Shown: piece after piece, positions 8,693-18,128 of the stretch
How positions within the stretch are numbered: position 1 is the first letter of the stretch
Layout of the letters: the number at the start of each line of letters is the position of its first letter
Origin: Synechocystis sp. PCC 6803 substr. PCC-P
GTDB lineage: Bacteria; Cyanobacteriota; Cyanobacteriia; Cyanobacteriales; Microcystaceae
NCBI RefSeq assembly: GCF_000284455.1
Contig: NC_017039.1
Span: forward strand, 3,000,001 to 3,032,000
Length of the DNA: 32,000 bases
Direction of reading: 5' to 3'
Program-made: the position numbers and the translations under genes
Notes under the pieces: generated by a model
Told to the model about the DNA's origin: nothing
The model's input: the letters and a program-made list of their open reading frames with translations, nothing else
Database searches by the model: none

Positions 8693-9252
8693 GGCCAATT
8701 ATTTCGCTAACAGATCAGCAATTTGTCGCTCTCTGTCAACAAAATCCTGATTTAAAATTTGAACGTAGCTCCAACGGAGACCTAATTATTATGCCCCCCA
8801 CGGGTGGAGAAACAGGCCGTCGCAACTCAGAATTAAACACGGATTTTAATCTTTGGAATCGTCGGACTCAATTGGGTGTAGTCTTTGATTCTTCTACTTG
8901 CTTTCGTTTGCCTAACGGTGCTTTGCGCTCCCCCGATGTGGCGTGGGTAAAAAGGTCGACATGGGAAGCATTAACTCCCGCAGAAAGGGAAAAGTTTCCC
9001 CCGCTCTGTCCAGATTTTGTGTTGGAACTACTTTCCCCCAGTGATGCCCTAGCTGCAACTCAAGCAAAAATGCGTGAATATTTAAGCTGTGGAACGGAGT
9101 TAGGCTGGTTAATTAATCCGATTGATCAACAAGTGGAAATATATCGCCCTGATTCCCCGATAGAAATATTAAACAAACCCCAAACACTCAATGGCGATCG
9201 CCTGTTGCCGGACTTGGAACTCAATGTGGCTTGGTTATGGGGGGCAAACTAA
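8668..9252 (+). CDS. Uma2-family (DUF820) restriction-endonuclease-like protein
   Basis: 'FERSSNGDLIIMPPTGGETGRRNSEL', 'RSPDVAWV', 'PDFVLELLSPSD', 'KMREYLSCGTELGWLINP' and 'VEIYR' form the canonical Uma2 PD-(D/E)xK pattern that is abundant in cyanobacteria. The start overlaps the upstream gene by 25 nt. Confidence 0.88.
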   Translation: MYSTILKLRPIISLTDQQFVALCQQNPDLKFERSSNGDLIIMPPTGGETGRRNSELNTDFNLWNRRTQLGVVFDSSTCFRLPNGALRSPDVAWVKRSTWEALTPAEREKFPPLCPDFVLELLSPSDALAATQAKMREYLSCGTELGWLINPIDQQVEIYRPDSPIEILNKPQTLNGDRLLPDLELNVAWLWGAN

Positions 9253-9499
9253 TTCAGAATCTCCATGACACTTCAAAGACTTGCCTATTACCTTCATAAG
9301 AAAATAGGGATATTAATAATTGCCGAGTAACAAGGCACATATGGGTATGATAGCGCGAATTTCCACCCTAGGACAATTTTTTAATAATTAATTAACACTA
9401 GATTTAAGAAACCTATCAATTTATAAATAATTACCAACAAAATAAAGTTTACTATATCAACCTCGATAAACTGAAGGTATCGATTAGGGGTAAATAGAT

Positions 9500-11956
9500 A
9501 TGGTAAGTTCAGTCGTCGAAAAAACCTCTGTAGCCCATAAAGAAACGGCTTTAATCCTCTGGTTTGAAGAGGTGGGCACCCATGATGTTGGTTTGGTAGG
9601 GGGTAAAAATTCTTCCCTGGGGGAAATGATTCAGCAGTTGACCAACAAAGGGGTGAATGTACCTTCTGGTTTTGCCACCACTGCCTATGCTTACCGCTAT
9701 TTTATCCAAGAGGCGGGTCTGGAACAAAAACTGCGAGATCTCTTTACAGATCTCGATGTGAATGACATGGCCAATCTCCAGGAGCGGGGTCATTTAGCTC
9801 GGCAATTAATCTTAGACACCCCCTTCCCCCAAAATTTACAAACGGCGATCGCCGAAGCCTATGGTGCCATGTGTGAACGCTATGGCCAAAAAATGGGTCG
9901 TACCGGGGTGGACGTGGCGGTGCGCTCCAGTGCTACAGCGGAGGATTTGCCAGAGGCTAGTTTTGCAGGACAACAGGAAACCTACCTTAATGTCCACAGC
10001 CTTTCCTGTGTGTTGGAATCTTGCCATAAATGCTTTGCTTCGTTATTCACTGACCGGGCTATTTCCTATCGCCATCACAATGGTTTTGACCATTTTGCGG
10101 TGGCCCTATCGGTGGGCGTACAAAAGATGGTGCGTTCTGATCTGGCCACCTCCGGGGTGATGTTTTCCATTGATACGGAAACGGGTTTCAAAAATGCCGC
10201 TCTGATTACTGCCGCCTATGGCCTAGGGGAAAATGTGGTGCAAGGGGCGGTTAACCCCGATGAATATTTTGTGTTTAAACCTACTTTGAAAGAGGGTTTT
10301 AAACCAATTCTGGAAAAACGTTTGGGTAGTAAAGCTATCAAAATGGTCTATGACGTGGGCGGTTCCAAACTGACCAAAAATGTGGAAGTAGCGGAGCCGG
10401 AACGGGAAAAATATTGCATTAATGATGAAGAAATTCTCCAATTAGCCCGCTGGGCCTGCATCATTGAAGACCATTATTCTGGGGTGCGGGGAGTTTATAC
10501 CCCCATGGATATTGAATGGGCTAAGGATGGGCAAACGGGGGAATTGTTCATTGTCCAAGCCCGCCCAGAAACGGTGCAGTCGCAAAAATCCGCCAATGTG
10601 ATTAAAACCTATGAGTTAAAAGATCACAGCCAAGTGTTAGCCACGGGCCGCAGTGTGGGGGCGGCGATCGGCCAGGGTAAAGCCCAGGTAATTCGCAATG
10701 TGTCCCAAATCAATCAGTTTCGTCCCGGCGAGGTGTTAATCACCAACCGCACTGACCCGGATTGGGAACCGATTATGAAACAGGCTTCGGCGATCGTCAC
10801 TAACCAGGGGGGGAAAACCTGCCACGCCGCAATTATTGCCCGGGAAATGGGTATTCCGGCGATTGTGGGTTGTGGAGATGCCACCGACACAATCAAAACC
10901 GGGGAAGATGTCACCATCTGTTGCTCCGAAGGGGATGAAGGTTCGGTTTACAGCGGCATTTTGAACTATGAAGTTCACGAAACGGAACTGTCCAATTTGC
11001 CCCGCACCAAGACTCAAATTTTGATGAATGTGGGTAACCCAGAACAGGCCTTTGGATTTGCTAGTTATCCCGCCGATGGCGTGGGTCTAGCCCGGTTGGA
11101 ATTTATCATTGCTAACCACATTAAGGCTCACCCCCTCGCCCTGATGAAATTTGATGAGTTGGAAGATCCCTTGGCCAAGGCAGAAATTGCCGAACTAACC
11201 AAACTCTATGCTGGCGATCGCCCCCGGTTCTTTGTGGACAAATTGGCCCATGGTATTGCCATGATTGCGGCGGCGTTCTATCCCAAACCTGTGGTGGTGC
11301 GGATGTCGGATTTTAAATCCAATGAATACGCTAACCTCCTGGGTGGTCGTCAGTTTGAGCCGAAGGAAGAAAACCCCATGATCGGTTGGCGGGGCGCTTC
11401 CCGTTACTACGATCCCAATTACCGAGAAGCCTACGCTTTGGAATGCCAAGCTCTGAAACGAGTGCGGGACGAAATGGGTTTAACCAACGTCATTCCCATG
11501 ATTCCCTTCTGTCGTACCCCCGATGAAGGTCGCAAAGTTATTGCGGAAATGGCTAAACATGGCTTGAAACAAGGGAAAAACGGCTTGGAAATCTACGTTA
11601 TGTGTGAATTGCCCAGTAACGTCATTCTGGCCGATGAATTTAGCGAGGTATTTGACGGCTTCTCCATTGGCTCCAATGATTTAACCCAATTAACTTTAGG
11701 TTTAGACCGGGATTCTTCCCTCGTTGCCCATCTGTTTGATGAACGCAATCTAGGGGTCAAACGGATGGTCAAAATGGCCATTGAAACGGCGAAAGCTAAC
11801 GGTCGCAAAATCGGTATCTGTGGCCAAGCCCCCTCGGATTATCCTGAGTTTGCTGAATTTTTAGTGGAATTGGGCATTGATTCCATTAGCTTAAACCCTG
11901 ATTCTGTGCTGAAAACTGTTCTACGCATTGCAGAGGTGGAAAAAGCCCTAGGCTAG
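9500..11956 (+). CDS. ppsA: Phosphoenolpyruvate synthase (pyruvate, water dikinase)
   Basis: 818 aa. It has an ATP-grasp N-terminus 'VGGKNSSLGEM', the phospho-His swivel 'GGKTCHAAIIAREMGIPAIVG', and a PEP-utilising C-terminus 'GFSIGSNDLTQLTLG' and 'ICGQAPS'. Confidence 0.96.
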   Translation: MVSSVVEKTSVAHKETALILWFEEVGTHDVGLVGGKNSSLGEMIQQLTNKGVNVPSGFATTAYAYRYFIQEAGLEQKLRDLFTDLDVNDMANLQERGHLARQLILDTPFPQNLQTAIAEAYGAMCERYGQKMGRTGVDVAVRSSATAEDLPEASFAGQQETYLNVHSLSCVLESCHKCFASLFTDRAISYRHHNGFDHFAVALSVGVQKMVRSDLATSGVMFSIDTETGFKNAALITAAYGLGENVVQGAVNPDEYFVFKPTLKEGFKPILEKRLGSKAIKMVYDVGGSKLTKNVEVAEPEREKYCINDEEILQLARWACIIEDHYSGVRGVYTPMDIEWAKDGQTGELFIVQARPETVQSQKSANVIKTYELKDHSQVLATGRSVGAAIGQGKAQVIRNVSQINQFRPGEVLITNRTDPDWEPIMKQASAIVTNQGGKTCHAAIIAREMGIPAIVGCGDATDTIKTGEDVTICCSEGDEGSVYSGILNYEVHETELSNLPRTKTQILMNVGNPEQAFGFASYPADGVGLARLEFIIANHIKAHPLALMKFDELEDPLAKAEIAELTKLYAGDRPRFFVDKLAHGIAMIAAAFYPKPVVVRMSDFKSNEYANLLGGRQFEPKEENPMIGWRGASRYYDPNYREAYALECQALKRVRDEMGLTNVIPMIPFCRTPDEGRKVIAEMAKHGLKQGKNGLEIYVMCELPSNVILADEFSEVFDGFSIGSNDLTQLTLGLDRDSSLVAHLFDERNLGVKRMVKMAIETAKANGRKIGICGQAPSDYPEFAEFLVELGIDSISLNPDSVLKTVLRIAEVEKALG

Positions 11957-12001
11957 GAAATGGTGTTTATTTTGCCGACTAAGGCTAAACCATAAATACA
12001 G

Positions 12002-12043
12002 CCCCTTCTTTCCCGCTGGTTCAATTCCAAGGGTAAGGAGGGG
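12002..12043 (+). terminator. Putative stem-loop terminator after ppsA
   Basis: CCCCTTCTTTCCC (12002-12014) pairs with GGGTAAGGAGGGG (12031-12043) with one G-U and one mismatch. The structure lies 46 nt after the ppsA stop codon. There is no clean U-tract, so the call is tentative. Confidence 0.4.
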
Positions 12044-12217
12044 TTAAAATGCAGTCAATATTAAGAGTGGATGGTTCATTTTGGGCAAGGGTTAAAAACC
12101 TTTAAATTTTGGATGATTGCCAGGGCAAGTCTTTGACATCCCGCAGAGAAAATTATGGGAAGTAATGGCTACATCAGTTGATTCAAATCAGTTAAAGGGG
12201 CTTCGCCCGGCAAAACC

Positions 12218-14524
12218 ATGAGCGATCGCCACAAAACCAAAGCTCAATTACTCCAGGAAATGGAGAGGTTGAGGGCGGATTTAGCAGATATTCAACGCAT
12301 TGCTAAATTAGGCTTCTGGCGGTTTGACATTGCTTCCGGTGAGATCACCTGGTCAGCAGAAACTTACCAACTATTTGGTCTAGAGCCCCATCAATTTTCC
12401 CCTAGTTATGACTGGTTAGTCCAGACCATTCAGCCCGAATTTAGAGAACTGCACCAGAGTATTGCTGATAAGGTTATTGCCACCGGAAAAACCCAAACCA
12501 TAGAGTATGCAATAACTCGGGCCGATGCTTCTATGGGGTGGATTTGGGCCAGGATTGAAGCGATTATCGATGACCGGGGCCAAGTCAATGGATTGCAAGG
12601 GGTGGCCATGGACATCAGTGATCGCAAGATGGCCGAAATAGCCTTAAGGGAAAGCGAAGCCCGCTTTAGGAATTTGTTTGAGTCGAATATTGTCGGGATG
12701 TTTTTTGCTTCCAATCAAGGGGAAATTTTCGATGCCAACGACCGTTTCCTACAAATGATTGGTTTCACTAAAGAAGAATTGGACCTCGGGCTGGTGCACT
12801 GGGATAGGTTAACCCCCCCCGAATATGATCAAAAGGATCAAGAAATTATTGCCCGTTTGCGGAATCATGAAACCCCAGAGCCTTGGCAAAAGGAATATTA
12901 CCGCAAGGATGGTAGTCGCATTCCTGTGTTGGTCGGTGTTGCCAGCATAGATGTGGAGCTTGAATATACGGTCTGCATAGTGGTGGATATGACCGAACAG
13001 CAGAAAACCTTAGATCAGTGCCGATTAACGGAAGCAAAGCTGGCGGAACTCAATGCTCAGTTGGAGCAGCGTGTTTTAGAGCGGACCAAATCCCTCCAGG
13101 AAAATGAAGATCGTTTGAAGTTAGCGTTTAATGCGGCCAATATGGGCTATTGGGATTTGGATCTTCTAACTAATGGCATTGTGTGGTCAGAAAGCCTGGA
13201 GCAAATGATGGGACTTAAGCCGGGAAGCTTTGATGGCGACCTAGAAAAAGTTGCACAAATGATGCATCCCGATGATCGAGGCATTGTCTTGAAAGCTCTG
13301 GAACAAAGTATCCATAATGATGAACCCTATGATTTGGAGTTCCGGTTTATCAAACCCGATGGAACCCTGCGCTGGGCGGCAAGTCAAGCTACTGTGATTC
13401 GAGATCAGAACAATGTGCCCCTCCGTGTTATCGGTGTAGATGTGGACATTACCCGCCGTAAACAATTTGAGGAGGAACTACAAAAAGTCAATCAAGTCCT
13501 AGAGGAGCGCCTCGGTGAATTGAAACAGCGTAATGCTGAGATGTTAATTCTTTCGGGTATTACTGACTATCTCCAGTCTTGTTTTACGGTCAAAGATGCC
13601 TGCGGAGTGATTGCGGCCCTGGCTCAACCCCTATTTCCCGATTGCTGCGGGGGAATTTTTATTCTGTCTGCCCAGAATAATTGTCTAGAACGGGTCACTT
13701 TTTGGGGCAATCCGTTTTGCTCCGATGATGTGTTTACCCCCCTAGATTGTTGGGCTTTGCGACGGGGACGGTCCCATGGGGTGAAGCAGGGACAACATGC
13801 TTTGTTTTGCAATCATGTCAATGACCAACACTTACCACTGGCAAGTTTGTGTATTCCCCTCATTGCCCAGGGGGAAACTCTTGGCTTGCTGTTTCTTTGC
13901 ACTTTCAAAGGGGAAATTTTGCCCGACATACGGCAACAATTGGCAAAAACAGTGGCGGAACAGCTTGCCCTGGCGATCGCCAATTTGAAGTTACGGGAAC
14001 AACTGGAAGAACAAAGTCTGCGGGACCCACTGACCAAACTTTTCAACCGTCGTTATCTGGAACAACGCTTAAGCCAGGAACTGGCCAGGGCCAAACGTCA
14101 TCACTATTCAGTCGGTGTTTTGATGATTGACGTCGATCACTTTAAGCGCTTTAACGATTCCCTTGGTCATGACGCTGGCGATCGTATCTTGGCTTCCATT
14201 GGTACTCTGCTGAAAAATAATATCCGGACTTCCGATGTGGCCTGTCGTTATGGAGGTGAAGAGATAACTATAATTTTGCCTGATGCTACTCTGGAAGAGG
14301 CTTCCCAAAAAGCGGAATTTTTACGCCAGGCGATCGCCGAAATGAAAATAGAATACAGTGGAAAAATTGTGAATAGTGTCACCGCCTCTTTTGGGGTTGC
14401 TTGTTATCCCGATCACGGCGAAACGGGACAAGAAATTATACAAATAGCGGATAAAGCTTTGTATGATGCCAAACAAGCAGGCAGAAATCGGGTCATCGTC
14501 GCCCCCAAAGAGGTTTCCACTTAA
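12218..14524 (+). CDS. PAS/PAC (x3)-GAF-GGDEF diguanylate cyclase
   Basis: 768 aa with repeated PAS/PAC blocks and a GAF-like middle region. The C-terminal GGDEF domain has an intact active site 'RYGGEEI'. A canonical RxxD I-site ('RTSD') sits five residues upstream. Confidence 0.9.
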   Translation: MSDRHKTKAQLLQEMERLRADLADIQRIAKLGFWRFDIASGEITWSAETYQLFGLEPHQFSPSYDWLVQTIQPEFRELHQSIADKVIATGKTQTIEYAITRADASMGWIWARIEAIIDDRGQVNGLQGVAMDISDRKMAEIALRESEARFRNLFESNIVGMFFASNQGEIFDANDRFLQMIGFTKEELDLGLVHWDRLTPPEYDQKDQEIIARLRNHETPEPWQKEYYRKDGSRIPVLVGVASIDVELEYTVCIVVDMTEQQKTLDQCRLTEAKLAELNAQLEQRVLERTKSLQENEDRLKLAFNAANMGYWDLDLLTNGIVWSESLEQMMGLKPGSFDGDLEKVAQMMHPDDRGIVLKALEQSIHNDEPYDLEFRFIKPDGTLRWAASQATVIRDQNNVPLRVIGVDVDITRRKQFEEELQKVNQVLEERLGELKQRNAEMLILSGITDYLQSCFTVKDACGVIAALAQPLFPDCCGGIFILSAQNNCLERVTFWGNPFCSDDVFTPLDCWALRRGRSHGVKQGQHALFCNHVNDQHLPLASLCIPLIAQGETLGLLFLCTFKGEILPDIRQQLAKTVAEQLALAIANLKLREQLEEQSLRDPLTKLFNRRYLEQRLSQELARAKRHHYSVGVLMIDVDHFKRFNDSLGHDAGDRILASIGTLLKNNIRTSDVACRYGGEEITIILPDATLEEASQKAEFLRQAIAEMKIEYSGKIVNSVTASFGVACYPDHGETGQEIIQIADKALYDAKQAGRNRVIVAPKEVST

Positions 14525-14568
14525 GTATTTATTCATTTGTGGCAGGATTTGACTATCATTCAAAAACA

Positions 14569-14712
14569 CTGTAGGAAAGTGTTTGAAAAGTGCAAGGCTA
14601 GGTATTTATCTCCCTAAATCCCCACTTAACAAGGGAGACTTTTCTGACAGTTCCTCCCTTGGGCAGGGGAGTTAGGAGGGATTAAACAGCCAGAATTCAA
14701 CTTTCCAAACAG
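14569..14712. repeat. MITE-like palindromic intergenic element A (144 bp)
   Basis: The termini CTGTAGGAAAGTG...CAACTTTCCAAACAG are imperfect inverted repeats. There is an internal hairpin (TCTCCCT..AGGGAGA). It shares terminal motifs (TGTAGG..AAGTG and AACTTTCCAAACA) with element B at 17741-17910. Confidence 0.5.
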
Positions 14713-15010
14713 GCTCTAAGGGATAAATTTAGAGTAAATAAAGTCAGAAAAAATATTTTTGATTTGGTGGATAATTAGTCAAAATTTATACAGTTATTGA
14801 TGTAATAATTGGAACTATTATTGTTTTTCTTGTTGACTCACATTTCTCCACAACGCTATAATCTGGGGGCAACTTTATTTTCTACTATCCATTTTAAAGA
14901 ATGGTTAGGAAAATTTTTTATTAAAATCTATTCAATCTAGAATAAAAAGGGTAATTTACCAATTCCAGCTCAATTATTGAATTATTAAATTTCTAAACAT
15001 TAACTTCACT

Positions 15011-15979
15011 ATGACCTATCTGCAAACCACCGCCGACTTTTACGCTGAAGTTGCCCAGACCCCAGAAGTGGGACTCTGTTGTGTTCAGAGTAGCCCTCTC
15101 CAACTGCCGGGGTTAGTGATTCCCGCTGTCATGCAGGAAATGAATTATGGCTGTGGTAGCACCGTCCATCCCAACGAGTTGGGTAATAAGTCTAAGGTGC
15201 TTTATGTCGGTGTTGGTGGTGGTCTGGAGGCATTGCAATTTGCCTATTTTTGCCGTCAGCCAGGGGCCGTGATCGCAGTGGATCCCGTGGAAGCCATGCG
15301 CCAGGCCGCCCAGCGAAATTTGCAGTTAGCCGCCGAAAAAAATGATTGGTTTAGTGTCGATTTTGTCGATATTCGTGCAGGGGATGCTTTTACTTTGCCG
15401 GTGCCGGACAACTCGGTAGATGTGGTGGCACAAAATTGCCTATTTAATATTTTTGAGCCGGAAGATTTATCCCGAGCTTTGAAGGAAGCTTATCGGGTTC
15501 TAAAACCCCATGGTCGGTTAATCATGAGTGATCCCATTGCTGCCCGGCCTATTCCCCAACATTTGCGTCAGGACGAACGGTTACGGGCCATGTGTTTATC
15601 CGGAGCATTAACCTATGCAGAATACATTCAACATTTAATTGATACTGGTTTTGGGCAAATAGAAATTCGCGCCCGCCGTCCCTATCGTTTGCTCGATTCT
15701 GTCACCTATAAACTGGATGAAAATTTATTATTAGAAAGTTTAGATTCCGTTTCTTTCAAAGTGCCTATTCCTAGTGATGGAGCCTGTGTTTTTACTGGCA
15801 AAACCGCTATTTATGCTGGTTCAGACCCCCTATTCGATGACCAAGCTGGCCATATTCTTCAGCAGGGAGTTCCTAGTGCGGTATGCGATAAAACAGCGTT
15901 GAACTTAGGTTCTACCTATCCAAACAAAATACTCATCACTGATTCAACTTGGTACTATGACGGTGGCGGCTGTTGTTGA
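15011..15979 (+). CDS. arsM: Arsenite S-adenosylmethionine methyltransferase
   Basis: 322 aa. It has a class-I SAM motif 'VLYVGVGGGLEAL' and ArsM-type conserved cysteines ('GLCCVQ', 'MNYGCGS', 'VAQNCLFNIFE', 'RAMCLSGAL') plus a C-terminal 'GGGCC'. It lies directly upstream of an ArsS-type radical SAM gene. Confidence 0.85.
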   Translation: MTYLQTTADFYAEVAQTPEVGLCCVQSSPLQLPGLVIPAVMQEMNYGCGSTVHPNELGNKSKVLYVGVGGGLEALQFAYFCRQPGAVIAVDPVEAMRQAAQRNLQLAAEKNDWFSVDFVDIRAGDAFTLPVPDNSVDVVAQNCLFNIFEPEDLSRALKEAYRVLKPHGRLIMSDPIAARPIPQHLRQDERLRAMCLSGALTYAEYIQHLIDTGFGQIEIRARRPYRLLDSVTYKLDENLLLESLDSVSFKVPIPSDGACVFTGKTAIYAGSDPLFDDQAGHILQQGVPSAVCDKTALNLGSTYPNKILITDSTWYYDGGGCC

Positions 15980-16031
15980 TTTTAGTTTTGACCGGATATC
16001 AAATTATTCCTGCAGTTAATTTTTAAACAAA

Positions 16032-17042
16032 ATGGTTCAACAATTAGAACGTAGTCAGCAAAAATTAAAAATTACGCCCTTTGCAAAAAAGTTGGGTAGT
16101 CCCCTTGGTAAACAAACTATTTCTACCCTGCAAATCAATTTGGGTAAACGCTGTAATCTAGCCTGTAGCCATTGCCATGTGGAAGCTAGTCCCAAACGCA
16201 CTGAAGAAATATCACCGGAGGTTTGTGAACAACTAATTGCCATTATTCAAAAATTTCCCCAAATTAAAGTGGTAGATCTCACCGGGGGAGCACCGGAAAT
16301 GCTCTACGGCTTTAAGCCCCTGGTGGAAGCATCTAGGAAGATGAGAAAAGAAGTCATTGTCCGCTCTAATTTAACCATTTACTTTGAAATGGGATTTGGA
16401 GACATTCCCGCATATTGTGCCCAGCATCAGTTGAGAGTTGTGGCGTCATTGCCCTGTTACCTTGAAGATAATGTGGATAAAATGCGTGGCAACGGGGTTT
16501 ATGAAAAATCAATTAAAGCTCTTCAATGGTTGAATAATCTCGGCTATGGGAAGGATGCTAATCTAGTTCTAGATTTAGTTTATAACCCTCCTTTACTAAC
16601 CTCAGATAAATTTTCCCTCCCCCCTGCCCAGGAACCCCTTGAACAGGATTACAAAAAGTTCCTCAAAGAACATTTTGATATCAATTTTAATCACTTGCTA
16701 ACTATCACAAACTTACCCATTGGCCGGAGTAAATTTCATCTTGACAAGCATCAACTGCACCAAAAATATTTGACTTTCCTAGAAAGCAATTTTAATCCAG
16801 ATACGGTTAATAATCTAATGTGTCGTAATGAACTTTCCATTGACTATTTAGGTAACGTTTATGATTGTGATTTTAATCAAATGGAAAATATTCCTGCGGA
16901 AGATAAATCCAGCCATAAGTTAACCGTTGCTGATCTACTAAGAGCTGACAATTTAGACTTAATTCAGCAGGTTAAAACCGCCGATTATTGTTATGGTTGT
17001 ACCGCTGGTTCCGGCTCTAGTTGCGGAGGGGCATTAATTTGA
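16032..17042 (+). CDS. arsS: Arsenosugar-biosynthesis radical SAM protein
   Basis: 336 aa with the CX3CX2C cluster 'CNLACSHC'. The C-terminal Cys-rich tail 'YDCDFNQ...YCYGCTAGSGSSCGG' is characteristic of the ArsS family. There is a 52-nt gap after arsM. Confidence 0.85.
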   Translation: MVQQLERSQQKLKITPFAKKLGSPLGKQTISTLQINLGKRCNLACSHCHVEASPKRTEEISPEVCEQLIAIIQKFPQIKVVDLTGGAPEMLYGFKPLVEASRKMRKEVIVRSNLTIYFEMGFGDIPAYCAQHQLRVVASLPCYLEDNVDKMRGNGVYEKSIKALQWLNNLGYGKDANLVLDLVYNPPLLTSDKFSLPPAQEPLEQDYKKFLKEHFDINFNHLLTITNLPIGRSKFHLDKHQLHQKYLTFLESNFNPDTVNNLMCRNELSIDYLGNVYDCDFNQMENIPAEDKSSHKLTVADLLRADNLDLIQQVKTADYCYGCTAGSGSSCGGALI

Positions 17043-17088
17043 TTTTGACTGATATTATTCCTGCTTTCCTCATACATTTACACTGCAA

Positions 17089-17718
17089 ATGGCCGATTAT
17101 CTACTAAATGCTCTGCAATGGATTGATGGCTTGGGAACTTGGGCGGCGATCGCCTTTATGTTGCTTTACACAGTGGCCACGGTAGTATTTTTGCCGGGTT
17201 CCATTTTGACCCTAGGCGCTGGGGTAGTGTTCGGGGTAATACTCGGTTCAATCTATGTTTTCATTGGGGCTACACTTGGGGCCACGGCCGCTTTTTTGGT
17301 GGGACGATATCTGGCCCGGGGCTGGGTTGCCAAGAAAATTGCCGGCAATCAGAAATTTAAAGCCATTGATGAAGCCGTGGGGAAAGAAGGCTTAAAAATT
17401 GTTATTTTAACCAGACTTTCTCCGGTTTTTCCTTTTAATTTATTGAATTATGCCTATGGCATCACCAATGTTTCCTTAAAGGATTATGTGATTGGTTCCC
17501 TGGGTATGATTCCCGGTACTATTATGTATGTTTACATTGGCTCTTTAGCTGGTAGTTTGGCCACCCTTGGAACGGCAACTAACCAAGCTAATCCGACTTT
17601 ACAATGGACAATCCGAATTGTTGGCTTTATCGCCACGGTTGCGGTGACTATCTACGTCACTAAAATTGCTAGGAAGGCTTTAAATGAAGCGATTTTAACA
17701 TCGGAAGTAGATGAATAA
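17089..17718 (+). CDS. TVP38/TMEM64 (DedA/SNARE-associated) family membrane protein
   Basis: 209 aa and polytopic. 'LPGSILTLGAGVVFG', 'GATLGATAAFLVGRYL' and 'LTRLSPVFPFNLLNYAYGIT' are typical of TVP38/DedA proteins. It starts 46 nt after arsS. Confidence 0.85.
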   Translation: MADYLLNALQWIDGLGTWAAIAFMLLYTVATVVFLPGSILTLGAGVVFGVILGSIYVFIGATLGATAAFLVGRYLARGWVAKKIAGNQKFKAIDEAVGKEGLKIVILTRLSPVFPFNLLNYAYGITNVSLKDYVIGSLGMIPGTIMYVYIGSLAGSLATLGTATNQANPTLQWTIRIVGFIATVAVTIYVTKIARKALNEAILTSEVDE

Positions 17719-17740
17719 AGACTTGGTTTTTAGAGAAAAA

Positions 17741-17910
17741 TGTAGGGGAAGTGATTTTATTGCTTAGTTACGGTTTCCATAATAGGCTTTAGAGCCTGTT
17801 TTAGCAGCCCCCCTTCCCCCAAAATTTGGGGGGAAGCTAAGTGAAAGTCCCCAGTATTTCCGGAGCTTTAATGAAGAGATTTAGAGGGCGGAATAAAACT
17901 TTCCAAACAC
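17741..17910. repeat. MITE-like palindromic intergenic element B (170 bp)
   Basis: The termini TGTAGGGGAAGTG...AACTTTCCAAACAC are imperfect inverted repeats. It has an internal perfect 8-bp hairpin, CTTCCCCC (17813-17820) with GGGGGAAG (17829-17836), and a second small hairpin AGGCT/AGCCT. The termini match those of element A. Confidence 0.5.
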
Positions 17911-18128
17911 GTTCTTATTGATCATAAAAACCTCGAATCATTAATTCCCTTTAACTTGCTACTATCAACTAATTGGTATATTACCAAGAATTTCAGGGAT
18001 GTTATTAATGGAGTAAAGGAGTTAAGGTTAATTTTATTTTCGTCCCACCACATAAACAACGCTATCGAAGACTTTCTACCGCACAATGGAAGGGTTAGGA
18101 ATGTGTTGATAAGATTCTTTTCACAATC

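Noticed and set aside
14725-15010. The AT-rich arsM upstream region has a short tandem ATTATTGA/ATTATTAA repeat, which I considered as an ArsR-type operator.
   Set aside because: Short AT-only repeats are expected by chance in a stretch this AT-rich. There is no clear dyad symmetry, and I cannot recall a matching operator consensus.
14338-17145. The longest HIP1-free interval (about 2.8 kb) covers arsM and arsS. I considered it evidence for horizontal acquisition.
   Set aside because: With a mean spacing of about 1 kb and about 32 gaps, one or two gaps of this size are expected by chance under an exponential model. Taken alone it is not significant. It serves only as weak support alongside the flanking MITE-like elements.
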